Shown piece after piece: positions 9,905-20,107 of a stretch of DNA of 64,000 nucleotides (position 1 is the first letter of the stretch; each line of letters opens with the position of its first letter). The translations under genes and the position numbers were made by a program. The stretch comes from Candidatus Hydrogenedentota bacterium (GTDB lineage: Bacteria > Hydrogenedentota > Hydrogenedentia > Hydrogenedentales > SLHB01). The stretch is taken from the NCBI GenBank assembly GCA_963668025.2, contig CAXXTH010000014.1, forward strand, positions 64,001 through 128,000, in the 5' to 3' direction. The notes under the pieces are model-generated. The model saw nothing but the letters and a program-made list of their open reading frames with translations, was not told where the DNA came from and made no database searches.

Positions 9905-10974
9905 GCAGCGGCGAATCATATAACATGTACCTGACGGCGCGCGTCGCCGCCAAGCGCACGACATTATTTCCTCAAGCCCAATACGAGGAAATGCTTGGCT
10001 ATGGCAGTATCAGCGCGATGATCAAATATCTGGATAATTCGCCCTATCAAGCCGATTTGGCGGAGGCATTGTCCCATGCGGATGGAGCGGACGCCATTGA
10101 AGAGGCCGTGTCGCGCCATATGGAGCGTGTCTTCTCTGAAGCGCTGGCGATTGGCTATGGCGAGCCCAGCGGCATGAACCTAATCGGCATGTTCCTCATG
10201 CGGTGGGATCTCATGGCTGTGAAGGCCCTGCTGCGCCATGTGTTTCTCAGTGCGCGTTTCAAATATCCGCTGCCAGCCATCATGCCTGGCCCCTCGCTCC
10301 AAACCGGCCTGATGGCCAGCCTGGCCGGGCAGCCCACCGTGGACGCGCTTATCCAAGCGCTAGTGCAGTGGAACCCTTTCCTGTGCGGCGCGCTCCAACC
10401 GGCATGGGACGCCCATCCCGTGTCTGATCCGGATGCGCAAGCTTGGGTGGGATTGGAAGACGTTCTTGACCGGACGTATTTCACGCATAGCCTTGTGCGC
10501 TTAAGCACCGATGAAAACGGCCAGCTTTTACGCGATTTTCTGCGTATGGAGATTGACCGCATTAACCTGCGCGCCATATGCAACGTATTTGCATATGAGC
10601 GCAATAATAGAATACCTGTAGACAGCATGCTTCCAGGCGGCCATCTGCCTAAAACACTGCTTGCTCAAATGCTGGATGCGGGAAGCTTGGAATCGGCTAC
10701 GCTGCAACTAGAAAAGACACGCTACCAATCGCTCCACCGCGGATTATACGCGATGTTGCAACGGAATAGTTTCGCGGTGCTCGAACGGAAATTTGAAGCG
10801 CTGTTTATTTACAATTTCCTGCGCATGGCCCGGTTCAATCCGTATAGCATGGCTCCGCTCATGCACTATGTTTGGATGCGGTCTATCGAAGCCGCTAATT
10901 TACAAGTTCTTGCGCGGGGCATTACAGCAAAGCTGCCTGCGGGGCGCATACAGGAAGAACTGGTGTATGTCTAA
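9901..10974 (+). CDS. ntpC: V/A-type ATPase subunit C (d)
   Basis: YLTARVAAKR, RWDLMAVKALLR, EIDRINLRAI, EAANLQVLARG; ATGA overlap with the subunit E stop. Confidence 0.88.
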   Translation: MSSGESYNMYLTARVAAKRTTLFPQAQYEEMLGYGSISAMIKYLDNSPYQADLAEALSHADGADAIEEAVSRHMERVFSEALAIGYGEPSGMNLIGMFLMRWDLMAVKALLRHVFLSARFKYPLPAIMPGPSLQTGLMASLAGQPTVDALIQALVQWNPFLCGALQPAWDAHPVSDPDAQAWVGLEDVLDRTYFTHSLVRLSTDENGQLLRDFLRMEIDRINLRAICNVFAYERNNRIPVDSMLPGGHLPKTLLAQMLDAGSLESATLQLEKTRYQSLHRGLYAMLQRNSFAVLERKFEALFIYNFLRMARFNPYSMAPLMHYVWMRSIEAANLQVLARGITAKLPAGRIQEELVYV

Positions 10975-11293
10975 CGTAACAGCCATTACAAGCGGCGGCC
11001 TGGCCCTGCAATTGGCCCTTGCGGGCATCCGCATCGAGACGCCTGGAGCGCCGGAAGACGCCGAAAACCTTCTCGAATCGTACCTGGATGATCCGCGCGG
11101 CGCGGCGGTGGTAATCGTGGAAGACTGTTATCGCTCCCGCTTTTCCGAATGGTTCCATGAGCGGCTTCGCCGGCATCGCGGCCGGCCTTTAGTAGTTTAC
11201 TGCCCGGCTTTCACTACGGATACGCTGGATGTGGATGCGTATCTTTCCTCCGTACTAAAGCCGGCCCTCGGATATGAGATCAGACTGGAGTGA
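10967..11293 (+). CDS. ntpF: V/A-type ATPase subunit F
   Basis: About 108 aa; LALAGI, VVIVED, PLVV..P, KPALGYEI; operon position. Confidence 0.85.
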   Translation: MSNVTAITSGGLALQLALAGIRIETPGAPEDAENLLESYLDDPRGAAVVIVEDCYRSRFSEWFHERLRRHRGRPLVVYCPAFTTDTLDVDAYLSSVLKPALGYEIRLE

Positions 11294-11296
11294 CGT

Positions 11297-13087
11297 ATGT
11301 CAAAACCCAATGAACAGCAAACAGGCGCTGTCGCCCATATCCTCGGGCCCATGATAGCGGCGTCCGGCATGATGGGCGTAGCCATGGGCGAAATCGTCCG
11401 TGTGGGCGAAATGAGCCTTATGGGCGAAGTGATCCGCATCGACGGCGACACCGTCTTTGCGCAGGTCTTCGAAGACACCCAAGGCCTTCGGATAGGCGAG
11501 CCCGTGGTTCGCACCGGCATGCCGTTGTCCGTCGAGTTAGGGCCTGGCCTGCTGAGTTCCATCTATGATGGCATTCAGCGTCCACTCAACGCCCTGCGCC
11601 AGGCCTCCGGCAACTTCATCGGCCGCGGCCTCGTCGCGCCTGCACTCGACCGCACGAAAAAATGGCCTTTTACTCCCCGAGTGAAGCCAGGCCAAGCGGT
11701 GGTGGGCGGCGATATACTCGGCGTGGTGCCCGAAACGGCCATGTTCGAACACCGTGTACTGGCGCCACCCCTGGTGCGTGGCACAATCAAAACAATCGCA
11801 CCAGCGGGCGACTATACGGTGGACACAGTCATCGCTACGCTTGACAATGGCGTGCAGCTCACCATGATGCATTCCTGGCCGGTGAAGAATCCGCGCCCTG
11901 CCGCGCGCAAGCTGCCGGGCGACCAGCCGTTCATCACGGGGCAGCGCGTGCTTGACTGCATGTTCCCCATTCCGCTGGGTGGCTCCGCCATTGTGCCTGG
12001 CGGTTTCGGCACCGGAAAGACCGTCGTCGAGCAGACCCTCTCGAAACACTCGAACGCGGATATTATCGTCTATGTAGGCTGCGGCGAACGCGGTAATGAG
12101 ATGGCCGACGTATTGGACGAGTTCCCCCGCCTTAAAGACCCCAAGACGGGCGACTCGCTCATGAACCGCACCATCCTCGTGGTGAATACGTCCAACATGC
12201 CCGTGGCGGCGCGCGAAGCGTCCGTCTACTCGGGCATCACCATCGCCGAATATTACCGCGACCAAGGCTATAATGTAGCCACCATGGCCGACAGCACTTC
12301 ACGTTGGGCCGAAGCCCTGCGCGAGATCTCGTCACGCCTCGAGGAAATGCCCGGCGAAGAAGGTTATCCCACCTATCTTTCCGCGCGCATCTCGGAGTTC
12401 TACGAACGCACGGGCCGCGTAGCCTGCTGCGGCTCGACAAACAATGGCGAAGAACCCCGCATTGGGTCATTGACCCTCGTGGGAGCCGTATCTCCTCCGG
12501 GAGGTGACTTCTCCGAGCCTGTAGTGCAAACCTCGCTGCGCATGGCGGGCGGATTCTGGGGGCTTGACGCCAATTTGGCGTATCGCCGCCATTATCCAGC
12601 CATCAATTGGAACGTCAGCTACTCGCTCTATCTCGAATCGCTTGATCCGTGGTTTGAACAGCATGCGCCCAAAGGCTGGATCGCCAACCGGCGGCGCACC
12701 ATGGAATTGCTCCAACGCGAATCCGAGGTGCAGGAAGTCGTACAGCTCGTCGGCCCCGACGCCCTTCAGGATGCGGAACGCCTTATCCTCGAAATGGGGC
12801 GCACCGTGCGCGAAGTGTTCCTCCAACAAAACGCATTTTCAGATAATGACGCCTTCAGCAACCTGGAAAAAACGGGAGGCCTTCTCGCCATCTTGCTGGA
12901 GTATTATGACGAGTGCCGGGCTGCTCTCGATAAAGGCGCCACGCTTAACCAGATCATGGAACTCCCCGTGCGCGAAGACGTGGCGCGCTTGCGTGATGTG
13001 GCCAATGCGGATTTCGCCGCCCAGAGCCAGCGCGTCCGCGAGGCCATGAAGTCCGCCATCGCGGGCCTGCAAGGCAGAAAGGAATAA
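11297..13087 (+). CDS. ntpA: V/A-type ATPase catalytic subunit A
   Basis: Walker A PGGFGTGKT, VGCGERGNE, DSTSRWAEALRE, EMPGEEGYPTYL, VSPPGGDFSEP. Confidence 0.98.
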   Translation: MSKPNEQQTGAVAHILGPMIAASGMMGVAMGEIVRVGEMSLMGEVIRIDGDTVFAQVFEDTQGLRIGEPVVRTGMPLSVELGPGLLSSIYDGIQRPLNALRQASGNFIGRGLVAPALDRTKKWPFTPRVKPGQAVVGGDILGVVPETAMFEHRVLAPPLVRGTIKTIAPAGDYTVDTVIATLDNGVQLTMMHSWPVKNPRPAARKLPGDQPFITGQRVLDCMFPIPLGGSAIVPGGFGTGKTVVEQTLSKHSNADIIVYVGCGERGNEMADVLDEFPRLKDPKTGDSLMNRTILVVNTSNMPVAAREASVYSGITIAEYYRDQGYNVATMADSTSRWAEALREISSRLEEMPGEEGYPTYLSARISEFYERTGRVACCGSTNNGEEPRIGSLTLVGAVSPPGGDFSEPVVQTSLRMAGGFWGLDANLAYRRHYPAINWNVSYSLYLESLDPWFEQHAPKGWIANRRRTMELLQRESEVQEVVQLVGPDALQDAERLILEMGRTVREVFLQQNAFSDNDAFSNLEKTGGLLAILLEYYDECRAALDKGATLNQIMELPVREDVARLRDVANADFAAQSQRVREAMKSAIAGLQGRKE

Positions 13088-13093
13088 CGCCAC

Positions 13094-14533
13094 ATGGACA
13101 CGCAAATCGAAACCGGAGTCGAATCCCCGGACCTTTTGCATAGCGAGTATTGGGATCTGACCTATATCTCGGGGCCGCTGGTTTTCTTGCGCAACGGCGG
13201 GCGCTTCGCATCGGGGGCCATCCTGGATCTCGCCATGGAATCGGGTGAGATACGCCAGGGGCAGGTGCTCGAGGTGAGCCGGGACCACGCCGTCGTCCAA
13301 GTGCTTCAAGGCACACGCGGCATGGACATTCGCGGCACGACCGTCGCCCTGCGGAACGAATCCGCGCGCATTGGCGTATCCAAAGCGCTCCTCGGGCGGC
13401 GCTTCAACGGCACGGGCGAACCTATCGACGGCCTGCCGCCCATCGTGCCCGACGCCGAATTGAACATCTCTGGCATGACACTCAATCCCGTCGCACGTGA
13501 TAAGCCCAACGATTTCATCGAAACCGGCATTACCGCCATCGACCTTTTCAACACCCTCGTTCGGGGCCAAAAATTGCCGATCTTCTTCGGCTCGGGGCTT
13601 CCCGCGAATGAAATGGCCAATTTAGTGGTTCAGCAAGCCCAAACCAAAAGCGGTGAAGAAGAATTCGTCGTGGTGTTCGGAGCCATGGGCATCACCGAAC
13701 GCGAGGCGTCTTATTTCATGCGCGCCTTCGACGAGGGTGGCCAAGGCGGCCGCGTGGTGGCCTTCATTAATAAGGCCAATGATCCCGCCATCGAACGCCT
13801 CTTCACGCCGCGCTGCGCGCTGACCGTGGCTGAATACCTGGCTTTCGAGCTGGATTACCAAGTTCTGGTCATTCTGACCGATATGACGAGCTATTGCGAA
13901 GCCTTGCGGCAAGTGGCCAGCGCCCGGGAAGAGATTCCTGGACGCCGGGGTTATCCCGGCTACATGTACACGGACCTCTCCACCATTTACGAACGCGCCG
14001 GACGCATTCGTGGCATGAAAGGCTCCGTGACGCAGATGCCCATGCTGAGCATGCCCGACGACGACATCACGCACCCAATTCCCGATTTGACGGGATACAT
14101 CACCGAAGGGCAGATCGTGATGAGCCGCGGTTTGCATCGCCAGGGGGTGTTTCCGCCCGTGGACATCATCCCATGCCTTTCACGGCTAATGAACAACGGC
14201 ATCGGCGAAGGCCGCACGCGCGGCGATCACCGCCAAGTAGCCAACCAGCTCTATGCGGCGTATGCGCGCGGGCGCGACGTGAAAAAACTTATGGCCATCA
14301 TCGGCGAAGACGCTCTAAGCGATTTGGATAAGAAATTCCTCCATTTCTCTACACAGTTCGAGAAAGAGATGATCGGCCAAGGCTGGACCCGCCGGACCAT
14401 AGAAGGTTCGCTCGAATGGGGCTGGAAACTGCTGTCGAAGCTGCCCAGGGAAGAATTAACCCGCATCAGCCGGGAATACGTGGAACAATATTACCAGGAA
14501 GATCCTTCTGCAAAACAAGCGGAGGAGGCATGA
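13094..14533 (+). CDS. ntpB: V/A-type ATPase subunit B
   Basis: TLVRGQKLPIF, REEIPGRRGYPGYMYTDL, DDITHPIPDLTGYITEGQI. Confidence 0.98.
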   Translation: MDTQIETGVESPDLLHSEYWDLTYISGPLVFLRNGGRFASGAILDLAMESGEIRQGQVLEVSRDHAVVQVLQGTRGMDIRGTTVALRNESARIGVSKALLGRRFNGTGEPIDGLPPIVPDAELNISGMTLNPVARDKPNDFIETGITAIDLFNTLVRGQKLPIFFGSGLPANEMANLVVQQAQTKSGEEEFVVVFGAMGITEREASYFMRAFDEGGQGGRVVAFINKANDPAIERLFTPRCALTVAEYLAFELDYQVLVILTDMTSYCEALRQVASAREEIPGRRGYPGYMYTDLSTIYERAGRIRGMKGSVTQMPMLSMPDDDITHPIPDLTGYITEGQIVMSRGLHRQGVFPPVDIIPCLSRLMNNGIGEGRTRGDHRQVANQLYAAYARGRDVKKLMAIIGEDALSDLDKKFLHFSTQFEKEMIGQGWTRRTIEGSLEWGWKLLSKLPREELTRISREYVEQYYQEDPSAKQAEEA

Positions 14534-14561
14534 GGCGCTTTTCCGCTGACTGGATAAACGT

Positions 14562-15206
14562 ATGAGCACGGAAGATGTCAAGCCAACCCGCATGAATCTG
14601 CTGGCGCGCCGGGCGCAAATCAAGCTCGCCTCGGATGGCCTGGGCGTATTGCGCGGCAAACGCGAAGCGCTCCTCAAGGAGCTGATCACCCGCGCGCGGC
14701 GGTTGCGTGAATTGCAACAGGAACTCCACCAGCGCGGCCGTGAATCCGCCGCCTCGCTGGCCATGGCCCGCGCCGTGCGCGGCACGCCCGAAGTGTGCTC
14801 CGTAGGCCTCGCGGGACAGCGCGACTTGCGAATTTCCGTCTCATATGAGAAAGTGTGGGGGATACAATTGGGTGCGATCACGCACGACGGCATCGTGCGG
14901 CTCATCGAGCAGCGCGGCATTGGCGGGCTTGATTATGGCGCCCACATTACCTATGCCGCTGAAAAAGCGGAAGAACTGTTGCAGCAACTATTCGCCTGTG
15001 CGCCGGTGGAAGGGCAGATCCAAACGCTGGGAGAAGAAATTCGCAAAGTGAGCCGGCGCATTAACGCTATTGAAGAACACTTGCTGCCGCGTTTACGCTC
15101 CGAAATTCAAGCCATCACCCGCGTGCTTGATGAACGTGAACGTGAGGACCGGTTCCGCTTGAAACGTGTGAAGGGTAAAAAAGCCAAGGCCCGAAAGAAA
15201 GGGTAA
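14562..15206 (+). CDS. ntpD: V/A-type ATPase subunit D
   Basis: KPTRMNLL..LRGKREAL; KVSRRINAIE..LP..LDEREREDRFRLK. Confidence 0.95.
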   Translation: MSTEDVKPTRMNLLARRAQIKLASDGLGVLRGKREALLKELITRARRLRELQQELHQRGRESAASLAMARAVRGTPEVCSVGLAGQRDLRISVSYEKVWGIQLGAITHDGIVRLIEQRGIGGLDYGAHITYAAEKAEELLQQLFACAPVEGQIQTLGEEIRKVSRRINAIEEHLLPRLRSEIQAITRVLDEREREDRFRLKRVKGKKAKARKKG

Positions 15207-15209
15207 AGG

Positions 15210-15695
15210 ATGTTTGTAAGCGAAATATTGCACGAACGGTCCATCAAACTCCAAGTACGCGCCACCACCAAGGAAGGCGTCATAGAAGAACTCGTGGATG
15301 TCTTGATCGAAGCAGGCGATGTCCCGATGGTTCAGCGCAACCACGTGCTCGATATCATCGCTGAACGGGAAAAGGCCATCAGTACAGGCGTGGGCAATGG
15401 CGTTGCACTGCCCCACGGCGCTACGGACCGGATCGATGACATTGTGGGCGCGTTGGGCATATCAAAGCATGGCATCGATTTCGGCTGCCACGACGGCATT
15501 CCCGCATCGATTATCGTCCTGCTCGTGATCCCCCGCCGCAATTTTCAAGAGCATATCCTCACTATGGCGTCCATTGCGCGCTTGATGGGAAACAAAGCAT
15601 TCCGGCCAAAACTGATGCAAGCAGACAGCGCGCAATCAGCTATTGCGCTCATAGAAGAAGAGGAAAACAAGCATAACAGTCCCCGCAGCAAATAA
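15210..15695 (+). CDS. PTS EIIA domain protein (Fru/Mtl/Ntr type, PtsN-like)
   Basis: EREKAISTGVGNGVALPHG (phospho-His motif), GIDFGCHDG; starts 3 nt after the ntpD stop. Confidence 0.9.
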   Translation: MFVSEILHERSIKLQVRATTKEGVIEELVDVLIEAGDVPMVQRNHVLDIIAEREKAISTGVGNGVALPHGATDRIDDIVGALGISKHGIDFGCHDGIPASIIVLLVIPRRNFQEHILTMASIARLMGNKAFRPKLMQADSAQSAIALIEEEENKHNSPRSK

Positions 15696-15717
15696 ATCCG
15701 CCCATATTTTTGGAGGA

Positions 15718-18072
15718 TTATTTCCGCTTCCGGAATGCGGCCGCTGCACATGCCAGGCACAACACCGACAGGCCCACAACACTTGCGGCGGGAAGGCTGC
15801 CTGCCGCCACCACATGCACATATGCGGGTGCGGTTTGCTTCTCAAGCCCGCTATCGTCTTTGACCGTACATACATACGACCCTGTATCCGATAACGACAA
15901 CGATTCCACCACATACGTGGCCTCTGTCGCCCCAGGTAGTATCTCGCCGTCTTTGCTCCACTGGTATGCAGGCGCGCCGATAGCCCCTTCTACGGCTACA
16001 ATCAGTTCCAGCCGCTGCCCTTCCTCTTTCCAGCCACCCAGCGGCTCTTGTGAAAAGCGGAATGCGCTCACTTCCTCATACACCGGCAAATAATCCGACG
16101 CCACGATATCGAAAACATCATATGCAACCGTCTGGCCATCGCCGACTATGCCAAGCCCCGTTCCCGCTTGATTATTGGCGCTATCCATAAAATAGCCGAA
16201 TTCCTGCCCATCCAGGTATATCGACACCTTTTCGCCAGAATAACCTAGCGTCACCGTATGCACCAGGTTGCGCGTCCAGCTCGATGGATAGCCGCCAGTT
16301 TCCGTGACCTCGATGTCATTACTAAATGAAGCATGCCCCGCACCCATATGCTCCGCGCCTTGATCCATCCAGAAGGCTTTATTCCCGCTTCCCATACCAT
16401 CGCCTGGCGGCAAATAGCGCCCCACAAGGCCCCACCAAGAACGCACGGTCGTCGTATGCGGAACGGTCATGGTCACAAAATAATCCGCCGGAAGATCTCC
16501 TCCCGCCGCATTATAATAGATGCGGTAATCGCCACTATCGGTGCGCCGCAGCACATTATTGATGATCTCGGCTGTCGCATCGTTCACACTTGCCCACCCA
16601 TTTCCAGGCTCGCCATCCGCGCGATGAAAATGGTCTTCCCAATACACTGCGCCTGAAGCTCTGGTGGTGAACGTGTAATCCGAAGAAACAGAAGTATTCC
16701 CCAGCGAGTCTTGGGAGGACACCCGGAAATGGTAGCCCGTGTTCGCGGCCAGCCCTTCCAGGGGAATGAAATGCTGGCGAGTCATGCCATCAGGCGACAA
16801 CATGCTTCCATAAGCATCCGTGATTCCATACTCGACTACGGAAGTGCTAGATTCATTCGTAATCCAAGCAATTGAAGCGCTTGTAAGCGAGGGAGATACA
16901 GAGACAGCGAATATAACCGGAGGGTTCGGATCATCATCGCCTCCATCAAAAGTCACCGTCCAGCCCCTTCCAATGAGATTGTTGGCATGCGTGCGGCCTG
17001 CGCTGGATGGAGCCGTATTGTTGGATACATTCACCGTGCCGCCGCTCGTATTGAACGAATCCAATTCTTCCAGAATGCCATCTATCGCACTTTGATCGAG
17101 CCGGTTATCATTCACATACAGCCGCATCAATCCAGGGCAATCCGTCAGATTGATGCTTGCCAGTTCATTATAACTCAAGTTGATTTCCCCATTGTGGCCC
17201 GCTGGGAAAGTCCCCGTAAAGTCCGCGGATTCATAATGATTGCCAGAAGCCTGCACCGATGCCAAATGAGTTGAAGTCGGATGCAGCTCTCCTGTTTGAT
17301 TATCGTTCCACACAAACAATTCCACCAGCAATGGAAACTGGCTCATATCGGGAAGATTGCTCGTCATCTGCGGATTATCGCGGACGCAGATATGCCAGAC
17401 ATTCGCCCCGGTGCTACCCCAATTGATGGATGTGTAGGCGTTGACCGCCCCACGCAGATCCGCCAAAGAAGGGCTCTCCGAGAGATCCAGCTCCGCCAGA
17501 TTATTGTCCTCAAAACATGCCCTCGATAGCAGGGGCGTATTATGCAAATCGACGGAGGCCAGCGATTGGCATAAATAACACTCGATATCCGTCAAGCTTA
17601 CGAAATTGCTGAAGTCCAGCGAAGTGATCGGATTATTATTCGATGCCCATAATTGCAGATACGGCGCTACATGCTCCAATCCGTATACGGCAGTGACATT
17701 CTGCTGCTCGAGAAACGGGATCTCCCAAGACCCGCCATCCCCGGCGTCATATCCGATATTGATCCCCGTGAGCGCGCTCCATGGGGTCACTCGCAAGGCA
17801 TTTTCCCGCAATTCACTCGTCCCGAAATCCTTGCTGGGCGTAGCCGAATCGGATGTCGTTCCATCTCCGAATGTCCATTCAATGGCCGCGCCATCGCTAA
17901 CCGTAAGAATGGCGGCAAAAGACGCCCCTGTCGTTTGAAAAGTAATAGCGTCGGCTGGGGGATCAGCGAATGCATTTGCTCCACTAACAAGCGAAAGCAG
18001 CACACACGATGCGCATATCAAAAAACGGCCGCCAAACGCTTGAGCGTTCACCTGGCGAAATTCGTTATCCAT
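15718..18072 (-). CDS. Cell-surface protein: leucine-rich repeats, Fn3-like, lectin-like and Ig-like domains, C-terminal TM anchor
   Basis: GGAG before ATG 18072; signal peptide ending ANAFA; LRR units (NNLAELDLS, YNELASINL); Fn3-like WITNESSTSVVEYG..GLAANTGYHFRV; Ig YQWSKDG..DTGSYVC; tail LPAASVVGLSVLCLACAAAAFRKRK. Confidence 0.85.
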   Translation of the reverse strand: MDNEFRQVNAQAFGGRFLICASCVLLSLVSGANAFADPPADAITFQTTGASFAAILTVSDGAAIEWTFGDGTTSDSATPSKDFGTSELRENALRVTPWSALTGINIGYDAGDGGSWEIPFLEQQNVTAVYGLEHVAPYLQLWASNNNPITSLDFSNFVSLTDIECYLCQSLASVDLHNTPLLSRACFEDNNLAELDLSESPSLADLRGAVNAYTSINWGSTGANVWHICVRDNPQMTSNLPDMSQFPLLVELFVWNDNQTGELHPTSTHLASVQASGNHYESADFTGTFPAGHNGEINLSYNELASINLTDCPGLMRLYVNDNRLDQSAIDGILEELDSFNTSGGTVNVSNNTAPSSAGRTHANNLIGRGWTVTFDGGDDDPNPPVIFAVSVSPSLTSASIAWITNESSTSVVEYGITDAYGSMLSPDGMTRQHFIPLEGLAANTGYHFRVSSQDSLGNTSVSSDYTFTTRASGAVYWEDHFHRADGEPGNGWASVNDATAEIINNVLRRTDSGDYRIYYNAAGGDLPADYFVTMTVPHTTTVRSWWGLVGRYLPPGDGMGSGNKAFWMDQGAEHMGAGHASFSNDIEVTETGGYPSSWTRNLVHTVTLGYSGEKVSIYLDGQEFGYFMDSANNQAGTGLGIVGDGQTVAYDVFDIVASDYLPVYEEVSAFRFSQEPLGGWKEEGQRLELIVAVEGAIGAPAYQWSKDGEILPGATEATYVVESLSLSDTGSYVCTVKDDSGLEKQTAPAYVHVVAAGSLPAASVVGLSVLCLACAAAAFRKRK

Positions 18073-18268
18073 GCCTGCTCTCCAAGTTTTCATCACGTCG
18101 GCAACGATTACCCAATGCATAACATAATGATCGGCTACCCGTGATATACGTGTCAAGCCTGGCGCGCCAGGATAATCACATGGAAAACTATCTTGTTTTG
18201 CCTTAAAAACACAAAAGGCGCACAAGGCAAAAAAACACCTCATGCGCCTCATGCGCTATTCGCGGCTG

Positions 18269-19630
18269 CTAGATGGATCGTGCAACGGCCCTTTTCCTGG
18301 CGCTCATTAGCGCTAGGCAAACACCTGCCGCAGCCAATATGCCCGTATCGCCCGGCCCGCCATTGCCGCCCGATATGGAGGAAGCATTACATCCATATGT
18401 CGTATCATCGTCGTCGTCATCATCGCCCGTATCCGCTTTGTCGCGCAGATTGCTGCAAAAATCATACAGGTCGATATTATCATACTCGTCGTAATACCAC
18501 GTGGCGTAGTTCGCATCCAGAACCCAGGAACTGCCCATTTTGGCAAGATACTCTTTTACAAACTCATCCCATTGGGTATCCACGGCGAATTGCAAATTCG
18601 AGGAGCTGTAATCTGAGTTCATGCTTCCGCTCAATGGCAAATAGATGGCCAGGCCGTTGCTGCCTGTTTCATCCGTGCTATGGCGCTCCGTTATCACCGC
18701 ATTGGATATCGCGGTCTGGACATCCGAGGCCGCGTCAACGATGGAATCCGTGTCGCCGTTCCAATCCGCACGCAAGCTTTCCGCCAGCACATCCACGCAT
18801 TCCGCCACGGTGTCCATCTGGCTGAGATCGATGGACGCAAGGGTGTAGAATTCCGAATATGTCGCGGCGAAACGGTTTACCATTATCATGGCAAGCGCCT
18901 TTGGGGTCATGGAAGGGGTGGAAACGAGAGAAGATAAAATAGTGTCGTATGGCCACCCCTCAAGGGCGATGGTTTCTTCGGAAGCCACATAATAATCCGC
19001 CTGGTTCCGGATTTCATACGCCACCTCCGCCATGCTCATTAGGCAGGCATCCATTCCGAGGATATCAATAGGGCCGGTCGAAGGTTCGGACGCCTCCAAT
19101 GCGAGGCGTAGCTCCCGAATCGATAAGGCGTCACTGCTCGTGGTGTCCGTGGCGACGGATTTGGCGTCATTCTCCGGAGCCGTGAGCCATCCGTCTCCAT
19201 GATTCCATATGATCACCGCATAATGCTCCGCCGGATAGGCCGAAACACCCCAATTGATGAAGTCCGACAGCGTATCCGGGTCGCCCATGTTCACTTCACC
19301 GATGCTTTCCCCCCAATCGGTTGTCGGCGAATCCCCCTGCTGGATAAGACCCCGCCGGGCGTCCGTCCAATTGTCTTCCGACGTGGAGTAGCTGGATATG
19401 CGGTCAAACAGCGCTGCGATGTTCACATCCGACGAGGAACCCACATCCGACGCTTCCAGAAAATCGGTGATCGCCGATGCTTCGAGATCATTGTCTCCAT
19501 CCAAATATAGGAGCACGGTCCACGACGCCGTCCCGGCATAAGCGCTGGAAAGGCAGCACAAACTGCATGTGGCGCACATTAGGGCTGATAGCCAGCCGTT
19601 GCTGAATTCCCGGCTTAATTTCATTCTCAT
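18269..19630 (-). CDS. Clostripain-family (C11) cysteine peptidase, secreted, with C-terminal sorting signal
   Basis: WTVLLYLDGDNDLE, EVNMGDP, IIWNHGDGW (catalytic His), GMDACLM (catalytic Cys); SD AGGAGG. Confidence 0.92.
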   Translation of the reverse strand: MRMKLSREFSNGWLSALMCATCSLCCLSSAYAGTASWTVLLYLDGDNDLEASAITDFLEASDVGSSSDVNIAALFDRISSYSTSEDNWTDARRGLIQQGDSPTTDWGESIGEVNMGDPDTLSDFINWGVSAYPAEHYAVIIWNHGDGWLTAPENDAKSVATDTTSSDALSIRELRLALEASEPSTGPIDILGMDACLMSMAEVAYEIRNQADYYVASEETIALEGWPYDTILSSLVSTPSMTPKALAMIMVNRFAATYSEFYTLASIDLSQMDTVAECVDVLAESLRADWNGDTDSIVDAASDVQTAISNAVITERHSTDETGSNGLAIYLPLSGSMNSDYSSSNLQFAVDTQWDEFVKEYLAKMGSSWVLDANYATWYYDEYDNIDLYDFCSNLRDKADTGDDDDDDDTTYGCNASSISGGNGGPGDTGILAAAGVCLALMSARKRAVARSI

Positions 19631-20107
19631 CGTGTAATCCTCCTACACAAGAAGTATACCAGAGAACCTTTATTTGTTACGTTACAATATCGTTATGCAA
19701 GTCCATATCCGCCATGCCTGCAAAGGGATGTGCAAAACGATAAAATGCGAAAAACTGCTTCCCCCGCCGTTATTCGTGAATTGATTTGAACGGCTTTTGG
19801 GGGCCAGAACTGGAAATAACCATGAAAAAACAGGAATACGGTTTGATGATGGGCGGCATGCCGCCCTATTCTGTATCGAGTTATATCTAAATTAAGGAAT
19901 ACAAATAGTATTCTATTGTCAAGGATTTTACAAAATGTCCGCAATGCGCATTTTCAGCACTATGAAAGCAGTGAAGCCCTTATTTGCTCTTCATGAGAAT
20001 ACTGTGCTACGATTAGCAAGTTCGCCCGGAGCAATAGCCGGGTAGGTAAAAGATGGTGCTATACATAAGGCGCATGGGGGGGGGTGAATGAAAAGGTGTG
20101 TGGTTAA

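Noticed and set aside
11537-14137. Long antisense ORFs over the ATPase genes (and similar ones over the GH, TRAP and Wzx genes)
   Set aside because: They are shadows of GC-biased codon usage in well-supported genes on the opposite strand.
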